Shown one piece after another: positions 21,106 through 30,552 of a stretch of 64,000 nucleotides of DNA. Every line of letters begins with the position of its first letter. Within the stretch, counting starts at the first letter, position 1. The notes beneath the pieces were generated by a model that saw nothing but the letters and a program-made list of their open reading frames with translations, made no database searches and was not told where the DNA came from. Both the position numbers and the translations under genes were made by a program. This DNA is from Arenicellales bacterium (GTDB lineage Bacteria > Pseudomonadota > Gammaproteobacteria > Arenicellales > Poriferihabitantaceae), in assembly GCA_963422685.1 (NCBI GenBank), contig OY730442.1, forward strand, positions 2,317,839 through 2,381,838. The letters run 5' to 3'.

Positions 21106-21870
21106 TCATGGGCTGACCCAGCCGCCGCATACATCCAGCACCGCGCCTGTGACGTAGGAAGACTGGTCAGAAAGCAGAAACAAACAGGCGCTGGCGATCT
21201 CCGAAACCTCCCCGGGCCGGCCCAGCGGCACCTGCGCCATCACCCATTTCAACCAGTCAGGATTCTGCTTTGCCCATTCGAGGCTGAGCTCGGTCATGGT
21301 TGCGCCGGGGCGCAGCGTATTGACGCGAATCCCCTGGTCAGCCTGTTCCTTGGACAGGCCCACCGTGAAAGTATCCACCGCGCCCTTGGAGGCGGCATAA
21401 TCGACATAAGTAAACGGGCCGCCATGTCTGGATGCGGCCGAAGAGACGTTGACGATGGAGCCACCCTGTCCGCCATAGCGTTTGGCCATTCTTTTGATGG
21501 CGTGTTTGGCGCACAGCAGCCCCCCCAGAATATTCACCCGGAACAAATTCATCGACACCTCGGGATCGATTTCATCCACCCGGACGCTGTTGCCATTGAT
21601 GCCGGCATTGTTGACCAGCCCGCATACCGGCCCGAGCTTGCGGTCAACCTGATCAAACATCGCTGCCACTTCTGATTCTGTTCCCACATCGGCCCGGGCG
21701 GCGATGGCGTGTCCACCAGCAGCTATAATTTGTTCCACTACACCCTGGGCTTCCTGCGCGGAGCGGGTGTAATTGACGCATACCGACCAGTTCTCACTGG
21801 CAGCGGCCCGGGCGATTTCTGCGCCGATGCCCCGGCTGGCGCCGGTCACTACTAAAACCTTTGATAACAT
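21106..21870 (-). CDS. Short-chain dehydrogenase/reductase
   Basis: TGASRGIG, NNAG, NVSS, YAASK (YxxxK); start at MLSKVL. Confidence 0.9.
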   Translation of the reverse strand: MLSKVLVVTGASRGIGAEIARAAASENWSVCVNYTRSAQEAQGVVEQIIAAGGHAIAARADVGTESEVAAMFDQVDRKLGPVCGLVNNAGINGNSVRVDEIDPEVSMNLFRVNILGGLLCAKHAIKRMAKRYGGQGGSIVNVSSAASRHGGPFTYVDYAASKGAVDTFTVGLSKEQADQGIRVNTLRPGATMTELSLEWAKQNPDWLKWVMAQVPLGRPGEVSEIASACLFLLSDQSSYVTGAVLDVCGGWVSP

Positions 21871-21911
21871 GCAGACAATTCCAGCATAAATAAAATTCAG
21901 GGCGTCCGATT

Positions 21912-23087
21912 CTACCCGTAGGCGCCACGTAGTAAAGGCAGCGCATCGCGGTGCAGATTTAATTTGTCCGCCATGACCCGCATGGTGCTGTAAAAATCGC
22001 CGCGCTCCACTTGCACCCATTGCAGCCAGCGGCGACCCTTGAAAGTGAGCTGAGTGCGACCCTGCAAAATACGATGGTTGTCAAATACCACAATATCCCC
22101 GGGGCGCAGGGTTTTGTTCAGTATTCTGTCCGCGTCTTCGGCCAACTGCACCAGGCGCCGCATCCCGCGATAATAAACCGGGATTTCCCCGCTCGGAATG
22201 CACGCCGGCGCTGCAACCCGATCATTGACGCGCACGCCGCATACGTTGCCGAATTCATCGGTTGATATCACCGGGAACTCTGTAATCAGATCAACGTCGT
22301 CGGCGAAATGGCGGCGAAATGCCTGGTTGTTTCGGGTCAAGGCGGTGAAACCATCCGGGTCTTCCCGGCGCAAGGCTTCGGCAATTTCGAATCTGTCCAG
22401 AAACGTGGACGAGCCGACGCCAGTCATATCGGTTTCCACGCAATGCAGCAGGATGAGTCCGGGCGGCGAAGCGCGATAGGGTTCATCGGTATGGGGTTTC
22501 AAGGCATTAGTGTCATTGGCAATACTCCGCAGGTTCTGGTCAACCACTAAATCCTGGATCAGACCGAAATTGTTTTCCTGGATACAGCCGATTTTTCTGG
22601 CCAGGGTTGTGATTATGCCGGGCTGTGCCGGCGCACCGCGTACAAAACACAATCCATGATCGCGCAGGACGTGTAACAGGTTCAAAAAAGCGGCGTCGGT
22701 ACCGATGACCCTGGAAAATTCCACAGTTGGCGGGTTTTCCCTGAACTCATCCGTCCACAGCCCGGGTGAGAATATGCGCAGACGGCGGGCGCTGTGGTCA
22801 TAACGATATTGTCGCAGCCAGCTTGATGAAAATCGCCCATGATGGCCATCGGACCAGGCGACAAGAACCTGTTCATTATCGTTTCCCGGTGCTGTCTGCG
22901 CATGATTAAGCATAACATTCAAATCCAGTTCGCTCAGACGCAACTGGCGCCGGCCAATGGCCGGCTCACCACAGCGGTCGCAGCGGCAATTGTCGCGCAG
23001 CCAGATGGCGTGGAAGTCGGACCGACAGCCATCGTCCTACTCCAGGATTAACCTGTCACCCGCGGTGGTAATATTGGAAAGAACCAT
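21912..23087 (-). pseudogene. Gamma-butyrobetaine hydroxylase-like Fe(II)/2OG dioxygenase (TauD family), apparently disrupted
   Basis: An in-frame N-terminal extension MVLSNITTAGDRLILE*DDG...WLRDNCRCDRC carries TAG at 23037-23039; HTD motif present; distal LHGR motif reads LQGR. Confidence 0.75.
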
Positions 23088-23340
23088 TGTAAACCCGCAT
23101 TTTTCAGCATCATACTATGTCCTATTGTGTCTGATGTTTCCAGCAAAATCACCCTGACAGCGTATTCAATCCGCAGCCCGCAACCGTGACTTGACTGTGT
23201 GCCCGTGGTTTAATAGGAGCCCGCATCAACAATACTGGGGGTGCCCCAATGACTAGGAATTCTGCTCGCACCAGCCATCGGTTCGTATGCCTGATATTCC
23301 TGCGTTACCTGTACACTGCAAAAAACCGGAGGAAGAAATA

Positions 23341-23760
23341 ATGTTCTTATCATTGCTTGGAATCACGCTGGTCGTTTCACTGGCGGTCTGTTTTATAGTG
23401 GCCAGGCTGTTTGCAAAGCCCATTGACGGCATACTGGGGCGTATTGTCGCAAACGATATCGCCTATGCCTGGACAAAGTACCTTAAATTCGCGATTTACG
23501 TGGTCGGAATAGCCGGAGGAAGCCGGATTTACTATTTCGAGGAGTTCCTGCGTGAACCCACAGAAGATTTTACGCCGCCGGTATTGTCGGCTGACCGCTG
23601 GGTACTGGAAATCTACCGCACCATTATCGAATCTCTGCAAGCTATCGCATGGATGCTGCTACTGTTCTTTATTTTTGCGTTAATTGCCTATGTGATTGTC
23701 CGCGCATTTGAACTGCGGGCCGGTAAAGCGAAAGCCGGCGAATCCGGTCAGGACGGGTAA
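23341..23760 (+). CDS. Conserved-looking hypothetical membrane protein (3 TM)
   Basis: Clean ORF with hydrophobic helices (YAWTKYLKFAIYVVGIAGG, RWVLEIYRTII). Confidence 0.7.
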   Translation: MFLSLLGITLVVSLAVCFIVARLFAKPIDGILGRIVANDIAYAWTKYLKFAIYVVGIAGGSRIYYFEEFLREPTEDFTPPVLSADRWVLEIYRTIIESLQAIAWMLLLFFIFALIAYVIVRAFELRAGKAKAGESGQDG

Positions 23761-24070
23761 TCAGGCGGCAATGTGAGACCGTCTGGACGCCGTTTTGTTT
23801 TTGCGACGCCACAGGTTACCGGGCGGACCAATAAAATATCAAACGTGCGATGGGGTTTTTTCATTAGCGGCTCAAACAGTATCACGATTGCAAAAGCCCG
23901 TAGACCCGTTGGTCTGTCGCGGTGCCAATTCGCGCGAGGCGGGCAGGATTGCTGGTCTTGATGGCGAAGATTTAATCGACGGGTTTGATAATTTATGGCT
24001 GGTATTTGACAGCAATCCGTCAATTCTTCGACATACATATGGAATGTGCAGGCATGACTTCGAGTAGCGG

Positions 24071-25504
24071 TTATTTTTCAATCTGTTCTTTTGAGCTGTA
24101 ATCCGCTGGAATTTTGCTGTTCACCTGTTCGTTCAGCCAGTCAATTGCTGTTTTCTCGTCTTGTTCGATAGCCATTTCCACCGCCCGTTTGGCGCATTCG
24201 AGCAGGTGTTTGGATTGTTTACGCAGGACAAATGATTCGGTTACTTTTTGCTGGATTCGGGTTTGTTTTTTAATCGCAATTATAGGTAAGACAACCTGAG
24301 CAAGTTCGTCCTTGTTGATGGCAGTCAGAATGGTACCACTACACCCTTTCTTGAGTTGCAGCTGTCCAATTATGCTTTTCAATAACACGAGCAAAATTTC
24401 CGAATTCAACACATCAGAATTGATAACATGAAATCCAGTTGAGCAAAGAGCCCCATCATATTTTTCATCTATCAAGGCAATGTTATCCAATGAACCTTCT
24501 ATGGATGAAACAATAACATCTCCTATGACTACCTTACGCCTTGCTCTGCCTGGTAAGTCTTGACCTTCCTCTGTTATACAACCAGTTATTTCGCCATTAC
24601 TGGCAATTTTGGCAAGTTCGATATATCTATACTCTGTTTTATCTTCTGGTTTGAAATTCTTGTCTTTTAAGTAAACCAGATTCCCCAGCGTATCCCAACC
24701 GCCTGCATAGCCTTTTATGGCATTGATTATTTGTTCATATTTCGGTTGATAGTATTCTGCGTCAATGCGTCCGGTTTGTCTTACATCGGAATAGTGTTTT
24801 GTGAACCATAGTCGGTGTTTCGGTTTCCAGTCGGTCAGGCCGAGTTCGGTGAGGAGGAGGGTTTGGGCCTCTTCAACTTTTGATTCTGATGTTTGAATGA
24901 GATTAAAGGATTCGTTAAACGCTGATGTAATTTGTAATTGGAGATCAAGGGAAACTAACGGTATTTCAACTCGCTTGAGTTCTTCGGCATTAACATTCGA
25001 TTGATTTATTGATATTCTCGCCCGCCGTTTTACATCAAGAATGCCATGCTTAGTGTTCAGAAAAGCAGTTAAATATTCCGGTGTAACTTTGTTGGAATCA
25101 GGGACTACACGGACAAGATATGAAGCGAAGACCATGTGTTCGTCGGAGAATTTTCTAAAAATACCAGTTCTGCCAACAAAAGCCTGTGAATTTGTGCGAT
25201 TAAATAGAACATCTTTATCATTTAGCACATAGCTGGTGACTGCGTCGGAACTGATCGGAGCATATTTCAATGTATTCCTATTACACATCATATTGCTGAT
25301 TTCGTTCATTCTGTATATCTTGGTCCCATTTCCCGATTCATTCATTGCAACGGACAAACCGTATTGAGTAGACAACAGTATTTCGCCTATTGGCATATAT
25401 GTAATATTGGGATTTTTATATGGTTGAAAGCACAAGTACTCACTGTCCCAGCGGTAGTCGGGATGTAGGACAGCCTCCGATAAATTTCTGATAGAAGCCT
25501 GCAT
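24071..25504 (-). CDS. Restriction-modification specificity (S) subunit with two target recognition domains
   Basis: Repeated R(W/I)D(S/A)EY motifs, SINQSNVNAEELKRVEIP, SGTILTAINKDEL and helical spacers; AT-rich. Confidence 0.85.
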   Translation of the reverse strand: MQASIRNLSEAVLHPDYRWDSEYLCFQPYKNPNITYMPIGEILLSTQYGLSVAMNESGNGTKIYRMNEISNMMCNRNTLKYAPISSDAVTSYVLNDKDVLFNRTNSQAFVGRTGIFRKFSDEHMVFASYLVRVVPDSNKVTPEYLTAFLNTKHGILDVKRRARISINQSNVNAEELKRVEIPLVSLDLQLQITSAFNESFNLIQTSESKVEEAQTLLLTELGLTDWKPKHRLWFTKHYSDVRQTGRIDAEYYQPKYEQIINAIKGYAGGWDTLGNLVYLKDKNFKPEDKTEYRYIELAKIASNGEITGCITEEGQDLPGRARRKVVIGDVIVSSIEGSLDNIALIDEKYDGALCSTGFHVINSDVLNSEILLVLLKSIIGQLQLKKGCSGTILTAINKDELAQVVLPIIAIKKQTRIQQKVTESFVLRKQSKHLLECAKRAVEMAIEQDEKTAIDWLNEQVNSKIPADYSSKEQIEK

Positions 25505-25506
25505 CC

Positions 25507-26079
25507 TCACCCCTCCACCCAATTTTGCGGATTGTATTTATCCAATTCCCATTTCAGGGGGTTGTTTTTAATATATTCCCGGATGCGGTCTAAATCGTCA
25601 TCGTTGCGAATAACGTGGTCGTAAAAGGAGCGTTGCCATAATTTTCCATCAAAAGACTCCCACCCATCATTCTTGACACCTGTAATATATTTGCAGGTCG
25701 TTAACGATTTGAACCGATGCACGATGTCCGATAACGACAATGTAGGGACAACCCCCTGTGGTTGTCCTTTATCTGGACAGGCACGGGGGCCTGTCCCTAC
25801 ACCCTCGGCACGGGGGCCGTCTCCGACAATGACAATTATGCCGTGGGCGTGATTAGGCATAATCTGGAATTGGTCTGTCTGAATACCGCGATAAAATTTC
25901 GGTAGTTCCTTCCAGGTTCTTTCCACCATTTCCCCTGCGGCATTGGTAATCATGTGGCCATCCATTATTTCACCGAACAATTCGGTTCTGTTCTGCGTAC
26001 AGATGGTCAAAAAATAATATCCTGCCCGGGAATAATCGTAATGCTGTAACCGATTCGGTTTTCTCTCGCGGTTATTCAT
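25507..26079 (-). CDS. REP-associated tyrosine transposase (RAYT; Y1/HUH family)
   Basis: RLQHYDYSRAGYYFLTICT, HUH motif IMPNHAHGII, WQRSFYDHVIR, YIKNNP catalytic tyrosine. Confidence 0.9.
   Translation of the reverse strand: MNNRERKPNRLQHYDYSRAGYYFLTICTQNRTELFGEIMDGHMITNAAGEMVERTWKELPKFYRGIQTDQFQIMPNHAHGIIVIVGDGPRAEGVGTGPRACPDKGQPQGVVPTLSLSDIVHRFKSLTTCKYITGVKNDGWESFDGKLWQRSFYDHVIRNDDDLDRIREYIKNNPLKWELDKYNPQNWVEG
25741..25801. repeat. GTAG-type REP doublet (REPIN-like) inside the RAYT CDS
   Basis: GTAG-GGACAACC-ccctgt-GGTTGTCC and inverted GGACAGGC-acgggg-GCCTGTCC-CTAC. Confidence 0.85.
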
Positions 26080-27667
26080 TGTCGTCCCAAAAACTCAGCT
26101 TCTCACTCTTCGCCCACTTAATAAAAGCTTCGGCGATGCCATCAGGCAATGCACCATTGTGGTTATGAAGATCATGATCAACGATCAGATGCCCATTTGC
26201 ATCCAGCTTGTCTTGACCATTATCGTGTTTCACATAGACGTAATCGCCGGAATTATTTTTACCGCCTTTCTCGGAAACGGCAAAAAATATGGGGTAGTCA
26301 CTGACTTCAGGACAAAGCGGCCCTTTTTCCGAATCCTCATTCCACTTTTGCACACATAGTACGCTGGTCTTGGTGCCGGTATGCGGCTTGAAGGTGTTGC
26401 CGTGCAAGCCGACCACCGCAAGGATACGACCACGCTCTGCGATAAATTCACGGATATGTTTATCGGACGTGTTGTTGAAGCGGCCTTGCGGCAGCACGAT
26501 GGCCATGCGGCCGCCCGGTTTCAAGAAGTCGAGGTTACGCTCAATGAATAGAATATCCCGTCCGACCTTGTTTTGCGCCTTTTTCCTGTCCGCTTTGAAA
26601 CCAAGTTCGTATTGATGCAGGATACGGCTTTCCTTGATGTCGCCTGCGAAAGGCGGATTGGCCATGAGTAAGTCAAACTGGAATTGTTTGTTTTCTCCTG
26701 TTTCCGCTCTCAGCTTTTCCAGCCGTTGAAAGCCATTGCCGTAGGTGTTGATCCATTTTCTGTCCTGTTCGGTTTTGTCGCCCCAGCGGTCAAAGTCCAG
26801 CGTGTTCAAATGCAGAACGTTGGTTTCCCCGTCTCCGGCAATCAGGTTCAGGGTTCGGGCCACCCTGACCGTCTTTTCATCAAAGTCTATACCGAATACC
26901 TTCAGGGCATTTTGTTTGTCGCCCTCCGGGATTTCTTCATTGGTGAACAGATGGCCTGTCAGTTTGAAAATGGTATGCACCGGAAATCCGCAACTGCCTG
27001 ATGCCGTATCAATCATATATTCGCCCCGTTTGGGATTCAGCATTTGTACGCACATATCGATGACATGACGCGGCGTGAAATATTGCCCTTTTTCGCCTTT
27101 GGCGGATTTGTTGACCAGATATTCAAAGGCTTTGTCCACCACCAGCAGATTGGAGTTGAACAACTTCACGTCCTGCAAACTGGAAACACAGACGGCAAGA
27201 TGGCTGTCGGATAGCTCAAAGGTTGCGCTTTCGGGGAACACGCCGCTCCATTGGTTTCTGGCCCGGTTGAACAAATCCTGGATTTTGTTTTTCAGCTCGG
27301 TGTCGGTCTGTCCGGTGCTCCGAAATTCCATGACGCGAAAGCCTTCATCGTCAATACCGCTGACCGCTGTTTTCACTGTTGCATAGTCTGACCCATCAAT
27401 ATAGCTAGGAGGAAGGGGATTACAAGTCGGTGGCGGTTCATGTACGGATGTTTTTGTCACTTGCTTCAGCAAGTAATTGATGATGCCCTTGTCCGGCTGG
27501 CTCTGGTATTCGTCATACAGCTTGGTGAATATGAGCTTGAACACCTCCTCGAATACATCTACCCCGGCATTGGCCAGCACTTCGTCCTCCATTTCCAGAA
27601 TGATGTCTTTCAGGGACTTTCTCTCATTGGCGAGTTTGTCCTTGACAACCAAATCTTTCAGGGTCAA
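26072..27667 (-). CDS. N6-adenine DNA methyltransferase (C-terminal part of a fused endonuclease-methyltransferase), possible TTG restart
   Basis: GQYFTPR, DTASGSCGF (motif I), MANPPF (motif IV), IVLPQG. Confidence 0.8.
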   Translation of the reverse strand: MTLKDLVVKDKLANERKSLKDIILEMEDEVLANAGVDVFEEVFKLIFTKLYDEYQSQPDKGIINYLLKQVTKTSVHEPPPTCNPLPPSYIDGSDYATVKTAVSGIDDEGFRVMEFRSTGQTDTELKNKIQDLFNRARNQWSGVFPESATFELSDSHLAVCVSSLQDVKLFNSNLLVVDKAFEYLVNKSAKGEKGQYFTPRHVIDMCVQMLNPKRGEYMIDTASGSCGFPVHTIFKLTGHLFTNEEIPEGDKQNALKVFGIDFDEKTVRVARTLNLIAGDGETNVLHLNTLDFDRWGDKTEQDRKWINTYGNGFQRLEKLRAETGENKQFQFDLLMANPPFAGDIKESRILHQYELGFKADRKKAQNKVGRDILFIERNLDFLKPGGRMAIVLPQGRFNNTSDKHIREFIAERGRILAVVGLHGNTFKPHTGTKTSVLCVQKWNEDSEKGPLCPEVSDYPIFFAVSEKGGKNNSGDYVYVKHDNGQDKLDANGHLIVDHDLHNHNGALPDGIAEAFIKWAKSEKLSFWDDNE

Positions 27668-28203
27668 GCGTTCGCTGAGTATGTCCTTGAGTGCTTGCGT
27701 TGCCTTAGGGACGCGGTGATGTCTTCACAATAGTTCGGGTCTTTGCGGTGGTAATGGGAAATCTTCTCACCGTTTGTCCATGCACCGATGGGTGCGCCGG
27801 TGGCGTTGCAATAGGAACGAAGCTGGGCCTTGCCGTCTTTCAGCCTGGGCTTTTTTAACTCAACAATGACATAGGCGGTGTCGGAGCGGTCCTTGTCGAA
27901 GATAACGATATCCGCTTTTTTCTTTTCCCGGCCAAAATTGACGGAATATTCAAATGCCAGCCGGTTCTCTGTATAACCGTACTCCTTCATAAGTCGCGCA
28001 GCATAAAGCTGACGGACGATTTCTTCCGGTTTGAGCTAGATTTCCCTGTCCCGAACAACGCAGGTCACAAAAGCGGTTTCCTTGCCTCTGATGGTTTTGG
28101 TGAAGATTTTTCCCCGTAAGGATGCAATTTCATCATCCGAGAACAGGGTGAGATGATCATTGCTGTCTTTGAGTATGGTCTGGAGGGTGTTCGGTGGGGT
28201 CAT
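27664..28203 (-). pseudogene. Disrupted N-terminal PD-(D/E)xK endonuclease (HsdR_N-like) part of the type IIG-like RM gene
   Basis: ATG at 28203; TAG at 28036-28038 (REI*LKPEEIVRQ); ADIVIF...VELKKP nuclease motif; -1 frameshift near 27713-27714. Confidence 0.8.
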
Positions 28204-28515
28204 TACTGTTTAATTCTCCGCTTCGGGTTTTAAGCTGCTTCGGTGGTTGGAGTGCAGACGACCCCGTGAAGTGCAGCGAAATGGGTGGCTGTGCGCAATT
28301 GTGATGTTTCAGCCATACTTATCGTTGGCATTTGTCGCTGCTCTTGAAGAACCTTGGCGCTGTACTGCACAGCTGCCTGATTGTACATGCCCGGTGTAAC
28401 GGATGGCACCACTGTCGATTCTTTGAACCTGCCTTCAATATTCGTATGTCAATTGCCATCAATAATTCAGTAGACTCTGCGGCAAATCCATTTTTTAAAA
28501 TTTCCGATTAACCAG

Positions 28516-29745
28516 GTGTCGGACTCAAGCATTCCAGATCAATCGAAAGTGGTCATCATCGGCGGCGGTGTCATGGGCGCCAGCGTGGCCTGGCATCTGA
28601 CCCGGCTCGGCTGTGGCGATGTGGTGCTGCTGGAACGCGGGCAACCGGGTTGCGGCACCAGTTGGCATTCGGCGGGGAATATTATCCGCATGAGCACCGA
28701 CCCGGCCAGCGTTGAAATCTATACCTATGGCGCACAATTGCTGGCGCAGCTTCATGCTCGTTATGGCATTGGCTGGCGTCAATGCGGGCGGATGATGATT
28801 GCCGGAAGCAAACGGCGTGTTGCTGAATTTGCATCTATTTATCGCACGCTGAATGATGCCGGGGTTGCCATCGAGATGGTTTCGCCGGATAGCGTAAAAG
28901 ACCGGATTCCGGTTATGAACACCGCCGACGTTCTTGGCGCATTGTGGAGTCCCGGAGACGGGCGGGTCAATCCTGCTGATCTGGTTAATGCCTACATTCG
29001 GGAGGCCCGGGCCCAGGGTGCGCAAATCTGCGAGGGGGTTACCGTGCGCCATGCGCTGACCGATAACGGCCGGGTCACCGGCGTGAGTACGGATCAGGGT
29101 AATGTGCGCTGCCAGGTGGTGGTTAATTGTGCCGGCCTGTGGGCCAGAGAACTCGGGCTGCGCAATGATGTCGCCATACCGTTGTATGCGGTGGAGCATT
29201 TCTATGCGTTGACGGAAAACATCCCGGGGGTTTATGCCGACATGCCCACTTTTCGCGACCCGGACGGATTGATCTATGGTCGTGAGGAAGTGGGCGGCCT
29301 GTTGCTGGGATGCTTTGACCGCAATGCGATTCCGGTTAGTCCGGCGGCATTGCCCGAACCTTTCTGTTTCTCATTGCTGGATGAAAATTGGGATCAGTTC
29401 ATGCCGTATATGCAGCAAGGCATTCATCGCATACCGGCGCTGCAGCACGCCGGTATTCGGACGCTGCTCAATGGGCCGGAGTCATTCACCCCCGATGCCC
29501 AGCCGCACCTTGATGAGGCGCCCAATCTGAAAAATTATTTCGTGTTGGCAGGATTGAGTTCGTCCGGGGTAACGTGCTCTGCTGGCATGGGCAGGGCGTT
29601 GGCCGGCTGGATAGTCGAAAAAGATCCAGGTGTTGATATAACAGCCTTCAGTTTGCGCCGCTATCGACCGGAAGATAATGATGAAGCGAATTTACGCCGA
29701 TGTATCCGCAATGCACCGAGCAGGCACTTTGCGATGGCGCACTAG
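28516..29745 (+). CDS. FAD-dependent oxidoreductase, dimethylglycine/sarcosine dehydrogenase N-terminal (DAO) type, without a GcvT half
   Basis: IIGGGVMG, GTSWHSAG, GDGRVNP, FRDPDG, NGPESFTPD. Confidence 0.85.
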   Translation: MSDSSIPDQSKVVIIGGGVMGASVAWHLTRLGCGDVVLLERGQPGCGTSWHSAGNIIRMSTDPASVEIYTYGAQLLAQLHARYGIGWRQCGRMMIAGSKRRVAEFASIYRTLNDAGVAIEMVSPDSVKDRIPVMNTADVLGALWSPGDGRVNPADLVNAYIREARAQGAQICEGVTVRHALTDNGRVTGVSTDQGNVRCQVVVNCAGLWARELGLRNDVAIPLYAVEHFYALTENIPGVYADMPTFRDPDGLIYGREEVGGLLLGCFDRNAIPVSPAALPEPFCFSLLDENWDQFMPYMQQGIHRIPALQHAGIRTLLNGPESFTPDAQPHLDEAPNLKNYFVLAGLSSSGVTCSAGMGRALAGWIVEKDPGVDITAFSLRRYRPEDNDEANLRRCIRNAPSRHFAMAH

Positions 29746-29975
29746 GCCGTGTTGACGAATTGTAGGGACAGGCCCCCGTGGTTGTCCTTCATCATGGACA
29801 GGCACGGGGGCCTGTCCCTACACCCTCGGCACGGGGGCCGGGCGGGTTTGATGTCTGTCAAAATTGATTCAATCCGCGACCAGATCAAATCGGTGACCAG
29901 TATACTCATGACGACCCTCCTCAAAACTGTTGTGGGATACAATTATTAATAATTTGATAATTCGTCAACACGACC
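29745..29975. mobile_element. 231-bp MITE with 16-bp terminal inverted repeats and a TA duplication, carrying a REP doublet
   Basis: GGCCGTGTTGACGAAT ... ATTCGTCAACACGACC (1 mismatch), flanked by TA on both sides; a second copy ends at position 35. Confidence 0.8.
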
Positions 29976-29993
29976 TAGAGGACAACGGGGCAT

Positions 29994-30356
29994 TCAAATT
30001 TCCAGATCAAGCTTCTGCCAAATCTTCTCGACTCTTTTTTTGATGACCAGCCCTTTCTGCCAGCGGTCCGATAGCTCACAGCCATCCCTTGTGGTGATGG
30101 CGTAGGGAGGCGGGCCAAGCTCGCATGGGAAATTCAATACGGCGTCTTCAGCATTACGCGCCCGCCAGTAACGGAATCCCTGCTCCCACCAGGCGGAAAA
30201 CAACCTCTCCCAATACGGATTCTGGGGAAAATCGAGCGGTATCTGCACTTGTTTCCGCGATCCGATGCGCCCCTGAAAAGCGGCAGAACGCTTCAGTATT
30301 CTATCGATCAGGTTATTGGACAGCGTATCGACAGGTTCCGGGAATTCTCTGGCCAC
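29994..30356 (-). CDS. Hypothetical protein (Trp-rich, no recognised family)
   Basis: 120-aa ORF with a GTG start; no motif recognised. Confidence 0.4.
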   Translation of the reverse strand: MAREFPEPVDTLSNNLIDRILKRSAAFQGRIGSRKQVQIPLDFPQNPYWERLFSAWWEQGFRYWRARNAEDAVLNFPCELGPPPYAITTRDGCELSDRWQKGLVIKKRVEKIWQKLDLEI

Positions 30357-30552
30357 CAGAATATGGACAGGTCAGCCACCATTCCCATCTCAGGGACAAA
30401 ATCCATTAAATCCAGCGTAAATACCACGTCATTAGTCAGCGTAAGGCGATGGGTTTAGAGGTATACAGGATCAAAGGGTTCCGCCTGCCCTGAAAAATCG
30501 CAAACCCGGGAGCGGGTTTGCCGCAAAGCTAAAATCCGGGAAAGGCCGATGT

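Noticed and set aside
19518-23087. Pyrrolysine recoding
   Set aside because: The MttB-family gene has no amber codon, no pyl genes or tRNA-Pyl were seen, and the amber in the dioxygenase sits at a usual Trp and comes with a second lesion.
23761-24070. Possible degenerate gene (weak YraN-like FDILLVRP) at the left edge of the RM island
   Set aside because: The similarity is too short to support a call.
28204-28515. Short ORF 28230-28412 and possible island attachment sites
   Set aside because: No recognisable family, and no convincing direct repeat flanking the island was found by eye.
28516-29745. MITE-caused truncation of the flavoprotein before its GcvT domain
   Set aside because: Removing the MITE and one TA still leaves CAC-TAG, and the downstream sequence does not continue as GcvT.
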